Part shown: positions 36,327 to 47,486 of the stretch, in pieces
How positions within the stretch are numbered: position 1 is the first letter of the stretch
How the letters are laid out: every line of letters starts with the position of its first letter
Assembly (NCBI GenBank): GCA_024635455.1
Contig: JAGXIU010000003.1
Location: 133,772 to 197,771 of the forward strand
Source of the DNA: Candidatus Saccharimonadota bacterium
GTDB taxonomy: Bacteria > Patescibacteriota > Saccharimonadia > Saccharimonadales > SLHW01
DNA length: 64,000 nucleotides
Reading direction: 5' to 3'
Position numbers and translations under genes: made by a program
The notes under the pieces: generated by a model
Told to the model about the DNA's origin: nothing
What the model saw: the letters and a program-made list of their open reading frames with translations, nothing else
The model's database searches: none

Positions 36327-36887
36327 ATGCAGGATAAAAACGTCGTATATTTACCCGGAGCTAGCGCAAGCTCGAACCGCGATTGGGTAGAGGAAATAGC
36401 AGCCGCTCTAACAGATAAATACCACTATTCGTACGCACATCGTTATCAGCATTGGCAAGACGATGATCAACAGATTGATTTAGATTTGGAGCTGGAAGCG
36501 CTTACCGAGCAGATTGCTGATGTAGAATCATATGGGCTTATCGCAAAGTCGGTCGGTGCTGTACTAGCACTGCGAGGTATGTATGAAGGCATTTTACAGC
36601 CAGAATACCTTGTATGTCTCGGTTTTCCGCTCAAGCCAATTACGCACAGCGATATACCGATAGAGAAATGGCTCAAGCACGCTGAGAATATCCCGATAAT
36701 TATCGCGCAAAACGTTGACGATCCATTGGGTTCATACGACGAAACGAGCAGTTGGATCAACCAATTCAATAAACGTATAATATTCGTGCAGCTGCCTGGG
36801 GAGACTCACGCATATGACGATTTTGTAGAAATTGATAAAATTGTAACTGGGCTGAATAAGTCGACTTCAGTAGAAGATAATACGTAA
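36327..36887 (+). CDS. small alpha/beta-hydrolase-fold protein
   Basis: A nucleophile-elbow-like AKSVG sits after a beta strand, and a late HAYDD may supply His/Asp. Confidence 0.35.
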   Translation: MQDKNVVYLPGASASSNRDWVEEIAAALTDKYHYSYAHRYQHWQDDDQQIDLDLELEALTEQIADVESYGLIAKSVGAVLALRGMYEGILQPEYLVCLGFPLKPITHSDIPIEKWLKHAENIPIIIAQNVDDPLGSYDETSSWINQFNKRIIFVQLPGETHAYDDFVEIDKIVTGLNKSTSVEDNT

Positions 36888-36897
36888 CAAACAGAAG

Positions 36898-37374
36898 GTG
36901 TATGCAATGAAACATATGAAAATACTTATTATCGTAGTGACCGCACTAGCCATCGGAATCGCAAGTGCTGTTTATATAAACAAATCGGACACTAATAGCT
37001 CAAGTGGTACTTTTGATGACGCACAGACTGACCAAACAACTGCGCCTGCTCTTGGTGAAATAGACGATACAGATAATTCAGAAGAAGCCATAGAGCCGGC
37101 TGAAGCTTCAACGGTACGTATAACTGATGACGGCTTTCAACCAGAAACAATTCGCATAAGCTCTGGAACGACGGTAACTTTTGAAAATGCTAGCTCTCGT
37201 AATGCATGGATAGCGTCCGACACGCATCCTTCGCATACAGATTTGCCCGATTTCGACGCTGGACGTGGCTACTCCCCTGGTGAATCGTATACATATACGT
37301 TTGAGCAGTCTGGAGAGTGGGGATACCATGATCACTTACGTTCGTTTGTTACCGGGCTGATAATTGTAGAATAA
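36898..37374 (+). CDS. secreted cupredoxin-like fold protein lacking Cys ligand
   Basis: It has a signal/TM helix. TVRITDDGFQPETIRISSGTTVTFENASSRNAWIASDTHPSH...WGYHDH resembles a Cys-less plastocyanin-like domain. Confidence 0.3.
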   Translation: MYAMKHMKILIIVVTALAIGIASAVYINKSDTNSSSGTFDDAQTDQTTAPALGEIDDTDNSEEAIEPAEASTVRITDDGFQPETIRISSGTTVTFENASSRNAWIASDTHPSHTDLPDFDAGRGYSPGESYTYTFEQSGEWGYHDHLRSFVTGLIIVE

Positions 37375-37451
37375 TACGTGCTAATTAGCCCTAAATAAAC
37401 CCGACAGACTACAGTGTGTCGGGTTTATAAGTACCCTGTTATTATATTGCT

Positions 37452-38093
37452 ATGAAGTTATACCTATCCTCCTACCGTATTCCAGTACCAGAAGCGCTCG
37501 TGTCCTTGGTTGGCCTACCAGCCGAAGAAATGAAGATTGCGATCATACCTAACGCAAAAGATTATTATGCTCAGCGCGCACAAGATTATAAAATCCAAGA
37601 GATAATATCCTACCAGCAAAGCAAAGGTTTTGTTCACTCAGAAGTAGTTGACTTGCGGAGCTTTACGAACAGTTCAGAGCTGAAGAAAAAACTAAAGCAG
37701 TTTAATCTAGTCTGGGCGGTTGGCGGTAATACGTTTTGCCTGCGCCAAGCAATGAAGCGTAGTGGATTTGATGCCATCATTCTTGAGTTAGTTGATAACG
37801 GTATTGTCTATGCCGGTGACAGCGCAGGTGCAGTCGTTGCTGGCACTTCTCTTGCAGGGATAGAGTCTGCAGACATACCAGCTTTTGCCGAAGAAGTTAT
37901 CTACGACGGTATGGCGCTTATACCAAAAGTAGTCATCCCTCACGCAGATAACGAATTTTTCCAGGAAGCTAATCAACAAACAAGACTGTTATTTCCTGCA
38001 GAAGATATTATTGAGCTCACTGATGCACAAGCACTGATAGTTAATGGTGATGATAAAAAGATTGTGTCTGCTGATATAGCTGAAATACACTAG
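37452..38093 (+). CDS. peptidase S51 (dipeptidase E / class I glutamine amidotransferase-like)
   Basis: IAIIPNAKDYY ... VWAVGGNTFCL ... AGDSAGAVV are typical S51 motifs. Confidence 0.6.
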   Translation: MKLYLSSYRIPVPEALVSLVGLPAEEMKIAIIPNAKDYYAQRAQDYKIQEIISYQQSKGFVHSEVVDLRSFTNSSELKKKLKQFNLVWAVGGNTFCLRQAMKRSGFDAIILELVDNGIVYAGDSAGAVVAGTSLAGIESADIPAFAEEVIYDGMALIPKVVIPHADNEFFQEANQQTRLLFPAEDIIELTDAQALIVNGDDKKIVSADIAEIH

Positions 38094-39070
38094 ATAGAAG
38101 CTGACTCAGCTAACAGAAAGATAATATAGACAGCGAGGAGTATGTAGCCTTCCCTTGCATGCATGACATGTTTATTGCGCAGGAAGTAATACACCAACAG
38201 TATTGCACTAATGGTGAGGACAAAGGTTACCCCGTATTGTTGTACGTCTTGTATATGAATTGGCTGTATTACTGATACGACGCCAAGGACTAGGGTTGAG
38301 TTAATTGTAACTGCGCCAAACAGATTGCCGACAGACACTGCGGATTTTCCGCTCCGGACAGCCCGCAAACCGACGGTTAATTCAGGCAAGCTGGTGCCGA
38401 TAGCTACCACAAATAAGCCAATAATAAATTCAGATATGCCAATAACCTCTGATATATGTGTAACTGAATAAACAATTGTATAGGCGGAAGCAATTAAAAC
38501 GAGGCTTGATGCGAAGAAGATGAGTATCCGCGTAATGAACTGTTTTCTTGATGATGCGGTATGTTTAACGTGCTGCTCCATAGTATGTTTGAAGGTTTTT
38601 TTATCAGGGAATGCATCCTTGTTTCTGATAATTACCGCGATACGAACCAAGAATAATACGAGCAAAAAAGCACCATCAATTCTGGATAATTGCCCATCAA
38701 TTAATAAAACAAACGGCGCAGAGACCAGTAGTAGATTTGCGAGTCGGGTTCCCTCAAATTGCTTGTATTCACGTAGTTTCACACTCTTGCCTATTATTGT
38801 AATCAGGCCTAGGACAAGAGTAATATTCACCAGGTTTGTCCCCAGTACATCACCGAGTGAAAGCTGTGGTACACCAGTAATCGCAGCGTTTACACCAACA
38901 GTAAGTTCGGATAATGAAGTAGCAAGCGATAAGAGCAAAAAAGATAAAACAAACTCAGAAACACCAATATAACGAGATATCGCAGACAGTGAGCGGATAA
39001 CGTAATAGCTTGATCGCACAAGTAGGTATATGCCTACACATAATAGTGCACTGTAAAATAATACATCCAT
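38090..39070 (-). CDS. Na+/Ca2+ exchanger family (CaCA) membrane protein
   Basis: Two alpha-repeats: ATSLSELTVGVNAA and GTSLPELTVGLRAV. Confidence 0.8.
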   Translation of the reverse strand: MDVLFYSALLCVGIYLLVRSSYYVIRSLSAISRYIGVSEFVLSFLLLSLATSLSELTVGVNAAITGVPQLSLGDVLGTNLVNITLVLGLITIIGKSVKLREYKQFEGTRLANLLLVSAPFVLLIDGQLSRIDGAFLLVLFLVRIAVIIRNKDAFPDKKTFKHTMEQHVKHTASSRKQFITRILIFFASSLVLIASAYTIVYSVTHISEVIGISEFIIGLFVVAIGTSLPELTVGLRAVRSGKSAVSVGNLFGAVTINSTLVLGVVSVIQPIHIQDVQQYGVTFVLTISAILLVYYFLRNKHVMHAREGYILLAVYIIFLLAESASI

Positions 39071-39141
39071 ATAAATAATATGATATCACTATCCGCCTGA
39101 GCGTAATACCGGTTTAATATCAGAATGCTATAGTAATAAAC

Positions 39142-39774
39142 ATGAAGATACTGGTATTTGGGGCCAACGGCAGCATAGGAAAACTTGTTGTGCGGCAAGC
39201 GCTTGAGCGTGGGCATGAGGTAACGGCTTTTGTGTACGAACAAGCTGATGCGGGTAGTACTGCGAACGATAAACTAACCTACTTTCGTGGGGATGCTACT
39301 GACAGTACTGCCGTTAACAAGGTGATGCGGGGTCATGATGCGGTACTTAGTACGCTGGGCCACAGTAGACGAACACCGCTTGAGATGCAATCTGATGCAA
39401 TGCGGGTCATAACTTCAGCTATGAAAAGGTACAACGTCACACGAATCGTCAGCTTGACGGGCGACGGCGTACTGACTACAGGAGACAGAATTCCACTGCT
39501 TAATCGTTTGACGACAGCTTTATTACTTTTTTTGCAACCAAAGCGTATACAAGATGGCATAAAACAGGTTGAAGTGCTAAAAGACAGTGGTCTTGATTGG
39601 GCGGTATTGCGCACACCAAAACATAGAAATGCGCGGCACATTACTACTTACAAACTAACGCCGTATGTCGAGGAGTTTACGATGAGTGTGTCTAGATTGA
39701 ACGTTGCTGACTGTTTACTGCAGTTACTAGAGTCCGACGATATCGTGAATCGACTGCCAGTTCTCAGTGATTGA
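39142..39774 (+). CDS. NAD(P)-binding NmrA/SDR-like protein
   Basis: MKILVFGANGSIGKLVVRQALERGHEVTAFV is a Rossmann GxxGxxG motif. Confidence 0.6.
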   Translation: MKILVFGANGSIGKLVVRQALERGHEVTAFVYEQADAGSTANDKLTYFRGDATDSTAVNKVMRGHDAVLSTLGHSRRTPLEMQSDAMRVITSAMKRYNVTRIVSLTGDGVLTTGDRIPLLNRLTTALLLFLQPKRIQDGIKQVEVLKDSGLDWAVLRTPKHRNARHITTYKLTPYVEEFTMSVSRLNVADCLLQLLESDDIVNRLPVLSD

Positions 39775-39813
39775 CGTGCAGTTTTGTGGCAGAGCCTATA
39801 CTATTAACTATCT

Positions 39814-40941
39814 ATGAATAATAATAGCAACCAAGATTATAACCGCTTGAAGCATACGAGCTACCAACCCGTAAGCGCTACAACACCGGCGCCAAAGCCG
39901 AAAAATACCTGGCTCCGAATATTGGGCCGTGTATTACTATGGTTTGCGATAATTGTCTTTGTTGTAAGCCTCGTCATAGTTAGCTGGAGCGCTCGAAATG
40001 TATCGACTGCTAGTCAGGAATTATTCGATAGCGGTAACCTGCTTCAATTCGTACCTACGGACGCTTTAGATGCAGATGAATCTAACCGCACGAACATTTT
40101 GATCATTGGTAACGCAAGTGATAGAGAGAATCACGGTGGCTCAAACCTTACAGATACTATTTTAATCCTTAGTCTTGGCGAACGTGACGCATATATGCTG
40201 AGCATGCCAAGAGATTTCTACGTACAAATACCTGAGTATGGGTATGGTCGTATCAATGAAGCATTCAGTGCTGGTGAAGCTACGCAGTTCCAGGAAGCTG
40301 GTTTTAGCTCTGGCGGTATCGGTCTGCTTGAGCGAGTTATACATGATGTAACCGGACTGACTACGCACTATGCGATTGAAGTTAACTTCACTGCTGTTGA
40401 AGCTATCGTGGATGCGCTTGGTGGTATACGCGTAGAAATTGATAGCCCAGATGAGCGAGGAATTTACGATCCGAACTTTCAGGAGTTCGAGGGTGGACCG
40501 TTACGGCTTAGTAATGGCGAACAAACGATTTATGGCTCGACTGCACTTCGTCTGAGCCGTGCACGTGACTCGACTAGCCGTGGGTATGGGTTGCCACAGT
40601 CAGACTTTAATCGTACGCAAAATCAGCAAACTATCATTAAGGGTATTATCCAAGAGTTAAATTTGTCTACGCTACTTAATCCACGCACGAACGGTGCAAT
40701 ACTCTCAGCAGTAGCGGAACACATCAAGCTCGATGTGCCGATGAATCAGGCTTACTCACTGTATAGAGGTGTCTCTAGGGTACCGATTGACAAAATCGAC
40801 ACCTACACCTTGCGAGATATGAACGACCAAAATCTACTCTCTAGCTATAGGACGGCGGGAGGAGCAGCAGTGTTGATACCACAAGCTGGGCTACAGAACT
40901 ATAACGGTATCCAGCAAGCAATTGGCTCTATCCACGAATAA
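39814..40941 (+). CDS. LytR-CpsA-Psr (LCP) family protein
   Basis: An N-terminal TM helix is followed by NILIIGNASDRENHGGSNLTDTILILSL...MLSMPRDFYVQIPEYGYGRINEAF. Confidence 0.8.
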   Translation: MNNNSNQDYNRLKHTSYQPVSATTPAPKPKNTWLRILGRVLLWFAIIVFVVSLVIVSWSARNVSTASQELFDSGNLLQFVPTDALDADESNRTNILIIGNASDRENHGGSNLTDTILILSLGERDAYMLSMPRDFYVQIPEYGYGRINEAFSAGEATQFQEAGFSSGGIGLLERVIHDVTGLTTHYAIEVNFTAVEAIVDALGGIRVEIDSPDERGIYDPNFQEFEGGPLRLSNGEQTIYGSTALRLSRARDSTSRGYGLPQSDFNRTQNQQTIIKGIIQELNLSTLLNPRTNGAILSAVAEHIKLDVPMNQAYSLYRGVSRVPIDKIDTYTLRDMNDQNLLSSYRTAGGAAVLIPQAGLQNYNGIQQAIGSIHE

Positions 40942-41103
40942 CCACATTGATAACAGACGCGAGCTTAATGATATGTAACCAGACAGCTATTGAGCGGCTC
41001 GTATTACAACAATGACTGGATACGTCAGTATATGAAATACATTTAATTTACCTACCGAGCAAGAACACTTGCAAAAAAGAGGCGGTAATAATACGCTTAT
41101 GGT

Positions 41104-42756
41104 ATGGAAGATTTAAAAACAAAACTTGAGAGTATTATAAAAGGTGAAGTATCAACAGATGATGGAGTACTAGAGTTCTATAGCCACGACGCTAGTATGA
41201 TGGAGGTAAAACCAGAAGTCATAACTGCGCCGAAAGATAGCGAAGACGTCCAAGCGTTAGTTAAGTTTGCTGTTGAGAATAAGCACAAATACCCTGGCCT
41301 ATCGTTGGTCGCTAGAAGCGGTGGTACGTGTATGTCTGGTGGCTCAATCGGTGAATCTATCGTCATGGACTTTTCTAAATACTTTACGGATATACGAGAA
41401 GTAACAAGTGAAGTTGGCCATGCTCAACCAGGCGTGTTTTATAGAGACTTTGAGCCTGAGACGCTCAAGCACGGCGCTATCATGCCGAGCTACCCTGCTT
41501 CGCGAGACCTATGTACCATCGGTGGCATGGTGAACAACAATGCTGGTGGAGAAAAATCACTGCAATATGGTAAAACAGAGAAGTTCGTACAAGAGTTAAA
41601 GGTTGTGTTCGCCGACGGCAATGAATATACCGTTACTCCTCTGAATAAAGAAGAGCTTGATAAAAAAATCGCACAGGATGATTTTGAAGGTAATCTTTAT
41701 AAAAAAGTGTATGAATTAATAGAGGCGAACTACGATACCATCAAACAAGCTAAGCCAAATGTCAGTAAAGACTCAACCGGTTATCACTTGTGGAATGTAT
41801 GGGATAGAGAGACGGGTGTATTTGACCTAACGCAAATTATCGTTGGTGGACAAGGCACACTTGGGTTTGTAACCGATATAAAGTTTCGTTTGGTTCCGGC
41901 GCCAAAACATTCCGGTACATTAGTAGTATTTTTACGTGAGACAGAAGATCTCGGCGACATCATAAACACTGTGCTTAAGCACAATCCGGCAACGTTTGAA
42001 GGGTTTGATAACTACACACTAATGCTGAGCTTCAAGCTATTTTTCTACTTCCATAAGACATTGGGGTGGGCTGGCATGATGAAGCTTGGTATCCAATTGA
42101 TTCCAGACGCCTTGAAGCTATTTCGGGGCATACCGAAGATGGTGTTATTGATTGAATTTAATGGAGCAACGCCTGATGAAGTCGCTCAAAAAGTACATCA
42201 GATGCGACAAGGCTTGCAGGAGTATAAGCATGATGCACTTTTCGAAGAAGATGAAACGGAGTTAAAGGCGAAAAAGTTCTGGATTATGAGACGCGAAAGC
42301 TTTAACTTACTCCGGAAAAAGGTAAAAGATAAGCACACCGCACCATTTATCGATGATTTAGTTGTACCACCTGAGCATCTACCAAAGTTCTTACCCGAAG
42401 TACGTGAGATTTTAAAGAAATATAAACTGCTCGCTACTATTGCTGGCCATATGGGCGATGGTAACTTTCATATAATTCCTTTAATGAACATAGAAAAGCC
42501 TGAAGAAAAAGCTAAATTAGAGCCTGCCATGCGAGAAGTAAACACACTCGTACTAAAATACGGTGGTTCGCTATCAGGTGAGCATAACGACGGTATGATT
42601 CGTGGCCCATGGCTAGAGACAATGTACGGCAAAGAAGTTTACGAGATATTTAAGGATGTTAAGAACATATTCGACCCAACCAATGTCTTTAACCCACACA
42701 AGAAGACCGATGCTGACTGGGAGTACACTATGGCCCACGTCAGAGACAAATTCTAG
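41104..42756 (+). CDS. FAD-linked oxidase (GlcD / D-lactate dehydrogenase-like)
   Basis: FAD_binding_4 motif ARSGGTCMSGGSIG and C-terminal HMGDGNFH. Confidence 0.75.
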   Translation: MEDLKTKLESIIKGEVSTDDGVLEFYSHDASMMEVKPEVITAPKDSEDVQALVKFAVENKHKYPGLSLVARSGGTCMSGGSIGESIVMDFSKYFTDIREVTSEVGHAQPGVFYRDFEPETLKHGAIMPSYPASRDLCTIGGMVNNNAGGEKSLQYGKTEKFVQELKVVFADGNEYTVTPLNKEELDKKIAQDDFEGNLYKKVYELIEANYDTIKQAKPNVSKDSTGYHLWNVWDRETGVFDLTQIIVGGQGTLGFVTDIKFRLVPAPKHSGTLVVFLRETEDLGDIINTVLKHNPATFEGFDNYTLMLSFKLFFYFHKTLGWAGMMKLGIQLIPDALKLFRGIPKMVLLIEFNGATPDEVAQKVHQMRQGLQEYKHDALFEEDETELKAKKFWIMRRESFNLLRKKVKDKHTAPFIDDLVVPPEHLPKFLPEVREILKKYKLLATIAGHMGDGNFHIIPLMNIEKPEEKAKLEPAMREVNTLVLKYGGSLSGEHNDGMIRGPWLETMYGKEVYEIFKDVKNIFDPTNVFNPHKKTDADWEYTMAHVRDKF

Positions 42757-42853
42757 ACGTAACAGGTTTGCTTATACGCTGGGACTACTGTGACAGTAGC
42801 TAATAATTTTATGCTACACTAAGCTTAAGTATTATTAACAAAAGAGACATTAT

Positions 42854-45379
42854 ATGCACACGTATTATAACGACACCGCTGAGGAAGCGCTTCAAGGTCT
42901 GCAGTCGACTCAAAAAGGTCTATCAAACGAAGAAGCAAAACAACGGCTTAAACAATACGGCCCAAATACCATACATATAAAGGGTGAGCCACTCTGGAAA
43001 AAGATTGTCGAGCCGTTTCGAAGTGTATTCATGCTCATATTATTCATTGCGGCAGGTATTAGTTACGGCACTGGTGAGGCTCTAGATGCGATGATTATTC
43101 TTGTCATCATTGCTATCAGCGCCATCATTTATTATGTGCAGAGTTATTCCACTGAAAGAGTGCTACGCTCATTAAAAAAATACGATGTAGCGAAAATCGA
43201 GGTTAGACGTGATGGTGTCTCAGATAATATCTTAGACGAGGAACTGGTGCCAGGCGACGTGATCCGTCTATATGAAGGCCAAAAGATTCCAGCCGATGCT
43301 CGTTTACTAGATGCGGACACGTTACGTTGTGATGAATCAATATTAACTGGTGAATCAGCACCGGTTACTAAGCGTATCGATGCCCTTGCCGGCAAGAAGG
43401 AAGTATATGAACAGAGAAATATTCTGTTTTCTGGAACGTTTGTTGTCGAAGGAGAAGCAACTGCACTTGTCATTGGTACCGCGAACAATACAGAATTTGG
43501 TAAGATCGCTCTGCTAGCTACAGATAAGGATACTAGTTCCCCGGTCCAGAAAAAAATCGATAAGCATATGCAGCTTACTGTTGCAGTTGTCGGTGTCTTT
43601 TCATCCATTCTATTGATCTTTTCACTTTGGCGCGGTCTCGAAGCGCAAGAAGCCTTTCACTTCATTGTTGCTGTATCCGTTTCTACGATCCCTGAAGGTC
43701 TCCCGGTAGCCATTTCTGTGATTCTAGTCCTTGGTATGCGTCGGATGGCTCGCAGAAAAGCCCTCGTGAGAAATATGGCTGCCATCGAGAACATTGGCCT
43801 CGTCACCACCATCGCTACTGATAAAACCGGCACGCTAACAAAGAATATTTTAGAGGTCAGCGAAGTCTGGCACGTTGATCCGAAAGATAGTCTAGACGAA
43901 ACAGCTTCGCAACTGGTTCTGAGCACCAACCAAAAAGAAGGCATATCTCATGACCCACTTGACACAGCCTTCACGTTATTCGCGAAGAAGCATAAGATTC
44001 AAGCAAACGACTTTACTATTGAGAAAGCACTACCATTCGACCCCGTGCTTGCAATGAGTGGCAATGTTTGGAAAACGCATTCATCACACGATATCTACTT
44101 GAAGGGCTCCCCGGAAAGAATCCTCGAGCATACCGATTTATCAGCGGCTGACAAGAAAAAGACTGAAGAACAACTCCATGCGTATACTTCGCTCGGTCTA
44201 CGTGTCATCGCACTTGGAAGAGTTAAAAATAAAAATATAACTAAGCTTGAAGAGCTGAAAGATCAAGAAATTGAGTTTCTTTCATTGCTCGCCGTCGCTG
44301 ACGAGCTACGCCCCGAAGCAAAATCTTCAATTGAGGAAGTGCAAGCTGCTGGAGTCACAGTGAGGATGATTACCGGTGACCACTTCGAGACGGCTTTTAG
44401 TATTGGTAAGCAACTAGGTCTTTGTGAAACGAGAGAGCAAGTATTCGATAGCCGAAAAATGAGCGAAATGTCAGACGAAGAATTATCTGAATCTGTCGCT
44501 AATTCTCGTGTATTTGCCCGTGTCATTCCGGAGAATAAACATAAGATTCTGCAAGTGCTCAAACAGCACGATATCACAGCAATGACAGGAGATGGGGTAA
44601 ACGATGTCCCTGCACTTTCAAATGCTCATATCGGGTTAGCGATGGGTAGTGGCGCACAGATCGCTCAAGACGCCGGAGACATTACGCTACTTGATAATAA
44701 TTTCAAGACAATAACAGTAGCTTTAAAAGAAGGCCGTAAAATATACGATAACATTCGACGTATGTTATTTTTGTTACATACGACAAACAGTGGTGAGGCT
44801 CTTACTTTTCTTATGGCGTTAGTTATCGGCTTACCGCCGCCTGTGTTGGCTGTTCAGATTCTGTGGATTAACTTGGTTACTGACACAGCTATGGTTATAC
44901 CACTTGGACTTGAGCCGGGCGAAAGTGACATCATGCAGCGAAAACCTCGTCGACCGACAAAGCCAATTCTTGGTAAAGTTATCATAACTCGAATGATATT
45001 AATCGCTATGGTCATGGCAACAGTAACACTCAGCCTGTTTGCTTACTTCAATCAGTTCATGAGTGAAGAGTATGCACGAACGATTGCCTTCAGCGCCTTG
45101 ATTGTTATGCAGTGGGCAGACGCGTTTAACGGTAGAAGCCTATGGCAATCTATATTTATCCGTATTAAGACGATGAACGTAGCATTTTATATTGGTCTAT
45201 CTATAGCCGTTACCATACACCTGTTGACATTGTATGGACCGTTCCAGGAGATGCTATCGATTACCGAGATTAGTGTCGAGCACTTTGTTGTCACCTCGAT
45301 TGTAGCTTTCATACCGATAATTCTAGCTGGTGAATTTCATAAGCTCTTCATCAAGAAGATTGATCCTGAGTTCCGCTAA
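42854..45379 (+). CDS. P-type cation-transporting ATPase (type II, Ca2+/Mg2+-like)
   Basis: Phosphorylation site DKTGTLT, ITGDHFETA, GDGVNDVPAL and a ten-TM topology. Confidence 0.9.
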   Translation: MHTYYNDTAEEALQGLQSTQKGLSNEEAKQRLKQYGPNTIHIKGEPLWKKIVEPFRSVFMLILFIAAGISYGTGEALDAMIILVIIAISAIIYYVQSYSTERVLRSLKKYDVAKIEVRRDGVSDNILDEELVPGDVIRLYEGQKIPADARLLDADTLRCDESILTGESAPVTKRIDALAGKKEVYEQRNILFSGTFVVEGEATALVIGTANNTEFGKIALLATDKDTSSPVQKKIDKHMQLTVAVVGVFSSILLIFSLWRGLEAQEAFHFIVAVSVSTIPEGLPVAISVILVLGMRRMARRKALVRNMAAIENIGLVTTIATDKTGTLTKNILEVSEVWHVDPKDSLDETASQLVLSTNQKEGISHDPLDTAFTLFAKKHKIQANDFTIEKALPFDPVLAMSGNVWKTHSSHDIYLKGSPERILEHTDLSAADKKKTEEQLHAYTSLGLRVIALGRVKNKNITKLEELKDQEIEFLSLLAVADELRPEAKSSIEEVQAAGVTVRMITGDHFETAFSIGKQLGLCETREQVFDSRKMSEMSDEELSESVANSRVFARVIPENKHKILQVLKQHDITAMTGDGVNDVPALSNAHIGLAMGSGAQIAQDAGDITLLDNNFKTITVALKEGRKIYDNIRRMLFLLHTTNSGEALTFLMALVIGLPPPVLAVQILWINLVTDTAMVIPLGLEPGESDIMQRKPRRPTKPILGKVIITRMILIAMVMATVTLSLFAYFNQFMSEEYARTIAFSALIVMQWADAFNGRSLWQSIFIRIKTMNVAFYIGLSIAVTIHLLTLYGPFQEMLSITEISVEHFVVTSIVAFIPIILAGEFHKLFIKKIDPEFR

Positions 45380-45441
45380 TATAGCGAACTTGCGCTTTCA
45401 TATCGCTACAGATGCGCCTTACGTAGTACTATAGAGGTGCT

Positions 45442-46086
45442 ATGAGTGAGATTAAGGGTCAAATCTTCCGAAGATACATTGTAATATGCTTGCTTGCCCT
45501 ACTGGGCTTTATTGCGCTTGCTATTTACTCATACGTCGAGATTCAAGACTATGAAAAATATCAAGTCTCAGAACTGCAGGAGATTAATCAAGAATTAGAT
45601 AATGACAGCTCTGTAGGATTAGTTTTTGGCGCAGCGATAACTCCAGAGGGAGAACCGCGATCGGTACTACGTGAGCGTCTCGAGACTGCTCATGAGCTAT
45701 ATCAAGCTGGCCTTATTGACCGTGTCCTTGTCTCAGGCTATAACGATACGATCAATAATGACTACAACGAACCACAAGCCATGTTGGAATATTTGCTGGA
45801 ACATGGCGTTGATCGTGATCATATATCGGTGGATTTTTTTGGAGATAGTACATTTATGACTTGTCGGAACGCTAAGGAAGAATTCAATCTTGATACGGCA
45901 GTACTCATTACGCAGACGAGCCATATGAACAGGGCGCTCTACACTTGTCACCATTTCGGTATACAGGCTTACGGGTATAAAGCTGATGGCATCGATTCAA
46001 ACTGGAACGACGTGCACCAAACTATACGAGAGATATTTGGTAACATAAAGGTAGTTATAGAGTCATCCATCGAAAAGGGGTTGTAA
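45442..46086 (+). CDS. DUF218/SanA-like protein
   Basis: A TM helix is followed by LVFGAAITPEG...RLETAHELYQAGLIDRVLVSG, typical of YdcF/SanA. Confidence 0.55.
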   Translation: MSEIKGQIFRRYIVICLLALLGFIALAIYSYVEIQDYEKYQVSELQEINQELDNDSSVGLVFGAAITPEGEPRSVLRERLETAHELYQAGLIDRVLVSGYNDTINNDYNEPQAMLEYLLEHGVDRDHISVDFFGDSTFMTCRNAKEEFNLDTAVLITQTSHMNRALYTCHHFGIQAYGYKADGIDSNWNDVHQTIREIFGNIKVVIESSIEKGL

Positions 46087-47234
46087 TGCCACGATTAACC
46101 AAAAAGATTGTATTGCTTAGCGTAGCAGGGATACTGCTAGTTGCTGCCAGTCTCTATGTATTCCGCGATGTTATAATTCCTCACTTTTTCCGAGCGACAG
46201 AGACAAACCTTGATACGGGTGTAGAGTTATCTGATGTTGGTCAGAGCACCGAAGACTTATCAATAGTTGCCGAAAATCTAGATATTCCATGGGAGATTGC
46301 CTTCTTGCCGAGCGGAGACATGTTAGTAACCGAGCGAAGCGGCTCTCTGTTGCGTATTGGCGATAATGATCAAAAACATACTATAGAAGGCGTAGAGCAT
46401 AGTGGCGAAGGTGGCTTGCTCGGTCTTGCCTTACACCCGGATTTTCAGGATAATTCTTGGCTTTATTTATATCTCACAACTCGTACTGACCAAGGTTTAG
46501 TTAACCGCGTAGAAAGATACAGTTATATGGACGATAGCTTATCTAAAAAAACAACCATAATTACTGGCATACCAGGGGCGAGCTATCACGATGGAGGTCG
46601 GATTGCTTTCGGCCCTGATGGGTACCTCTATATCACAACTGGTGATGCAGGCATAGAATCGCTTGCGCAAGACACCACTTCCCTGGCAGGTAAAACACTC
46701 CGCGTGGCCGATGATGGTTCTATACCGGACGATAACCCGTTCAGTTCAGCTGTTTATTCGTATGGACATCGTAATGCTCAGGGGATCACATGGGACGATG
46801 CCGGCAACATGTGGCAAACTGAGCACGGACGATCTGGCCGACTTTCTGGTATGGACGAGGTCAATCGCATTGAGCGCAGTAATAATTATGGTTGGCCATT
46901 AATCGAAGGTGATGAGACGAACGCTACTATGCAGTCGCCGATTGCCCACTCTGGTGCGGATGAAACCTGGGCGCCAGCTGGTATTGCCTACCTAGACGGG
47001 CACTTATTTTTCGCTGGCCTTCGTGGAGAGTCACTCTACCAAGCACGAATAAACAATGACAATACATTGTCTATCACGGCGCATCTACGGGAAGACTTTG
47101 GTCGGCTCCGTGCAGTTACCATTGGCTTGGATGGCTTTATTTACGTCTCTACCTCCAACACAGATGGCCGAGGCAGCGAGCGTACTGGCGACGATAAAAT
47201 TATCCGGATAAACCCTACCCTATTCCAGGATTAG
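46086..47234 (+). CDS. PQQ-dependent soluble sugar dehydrogenase (GSDH/sorbosone dehydrogenase-like beta-propeller)
   Basis: A signal anchor is followed by IPWEIAFLPSGDMLVTERSGSL and the repeated blades of the GSDH family. Confidence 0.7.
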   Translation: MPRLTKKIVLLSVAGILLVAASLYVFRDVIIPHFFRATETNLDTGVELSDVGQSTEDLSIVAENLDIPWEIAFLPSGDMLVTERSGSLLRIGDNDQKHTIEGVEHSGEGGLLGLALHPDFQDNSWLYLYLTTRTDQGLVNRVERYSYMDDSLSKKTTIITGIPGASYHDGGRIAFGPDGYLYITTGDAGIESLAQDTTSLAGKTLRVADDGSIPDDNPFSSAVYSYGHRNAQGITWDDAGNMWQTEHGRSGRLSGMDEVNRIERSNNYGWPLIEGDETNATMQSPIAHSGADETWAPAGIAYLDGHLFFAGLRGESLYQARINNDNTLSITAHLREDFGRLRAVTIGLDGFIYVSTSNTDGRGSERTGDDKIIRINPTLFQD

Positions 47235-47486
47235 ATAGCCTGAAAAGGCTTTCATGGCTTGTGTGCCTGGCGTATAATAAAGCTAGTTGTATGGTTCATG
47301 AACGAGCAACTTCGTCATCGTCCATAAGCTTATTATCCATTTTTTTTTGGCAACCACACTTCGGTCACTGGGCGCCTACAATAACTCTCGATCACAAGCA
47401 AATACTACATGATTTGAACGTGTCTGTGGTTTGCTTATACTCTTTTAACTTTTATATACGTTCAGTACTATTTAAGGGGTTATTGT

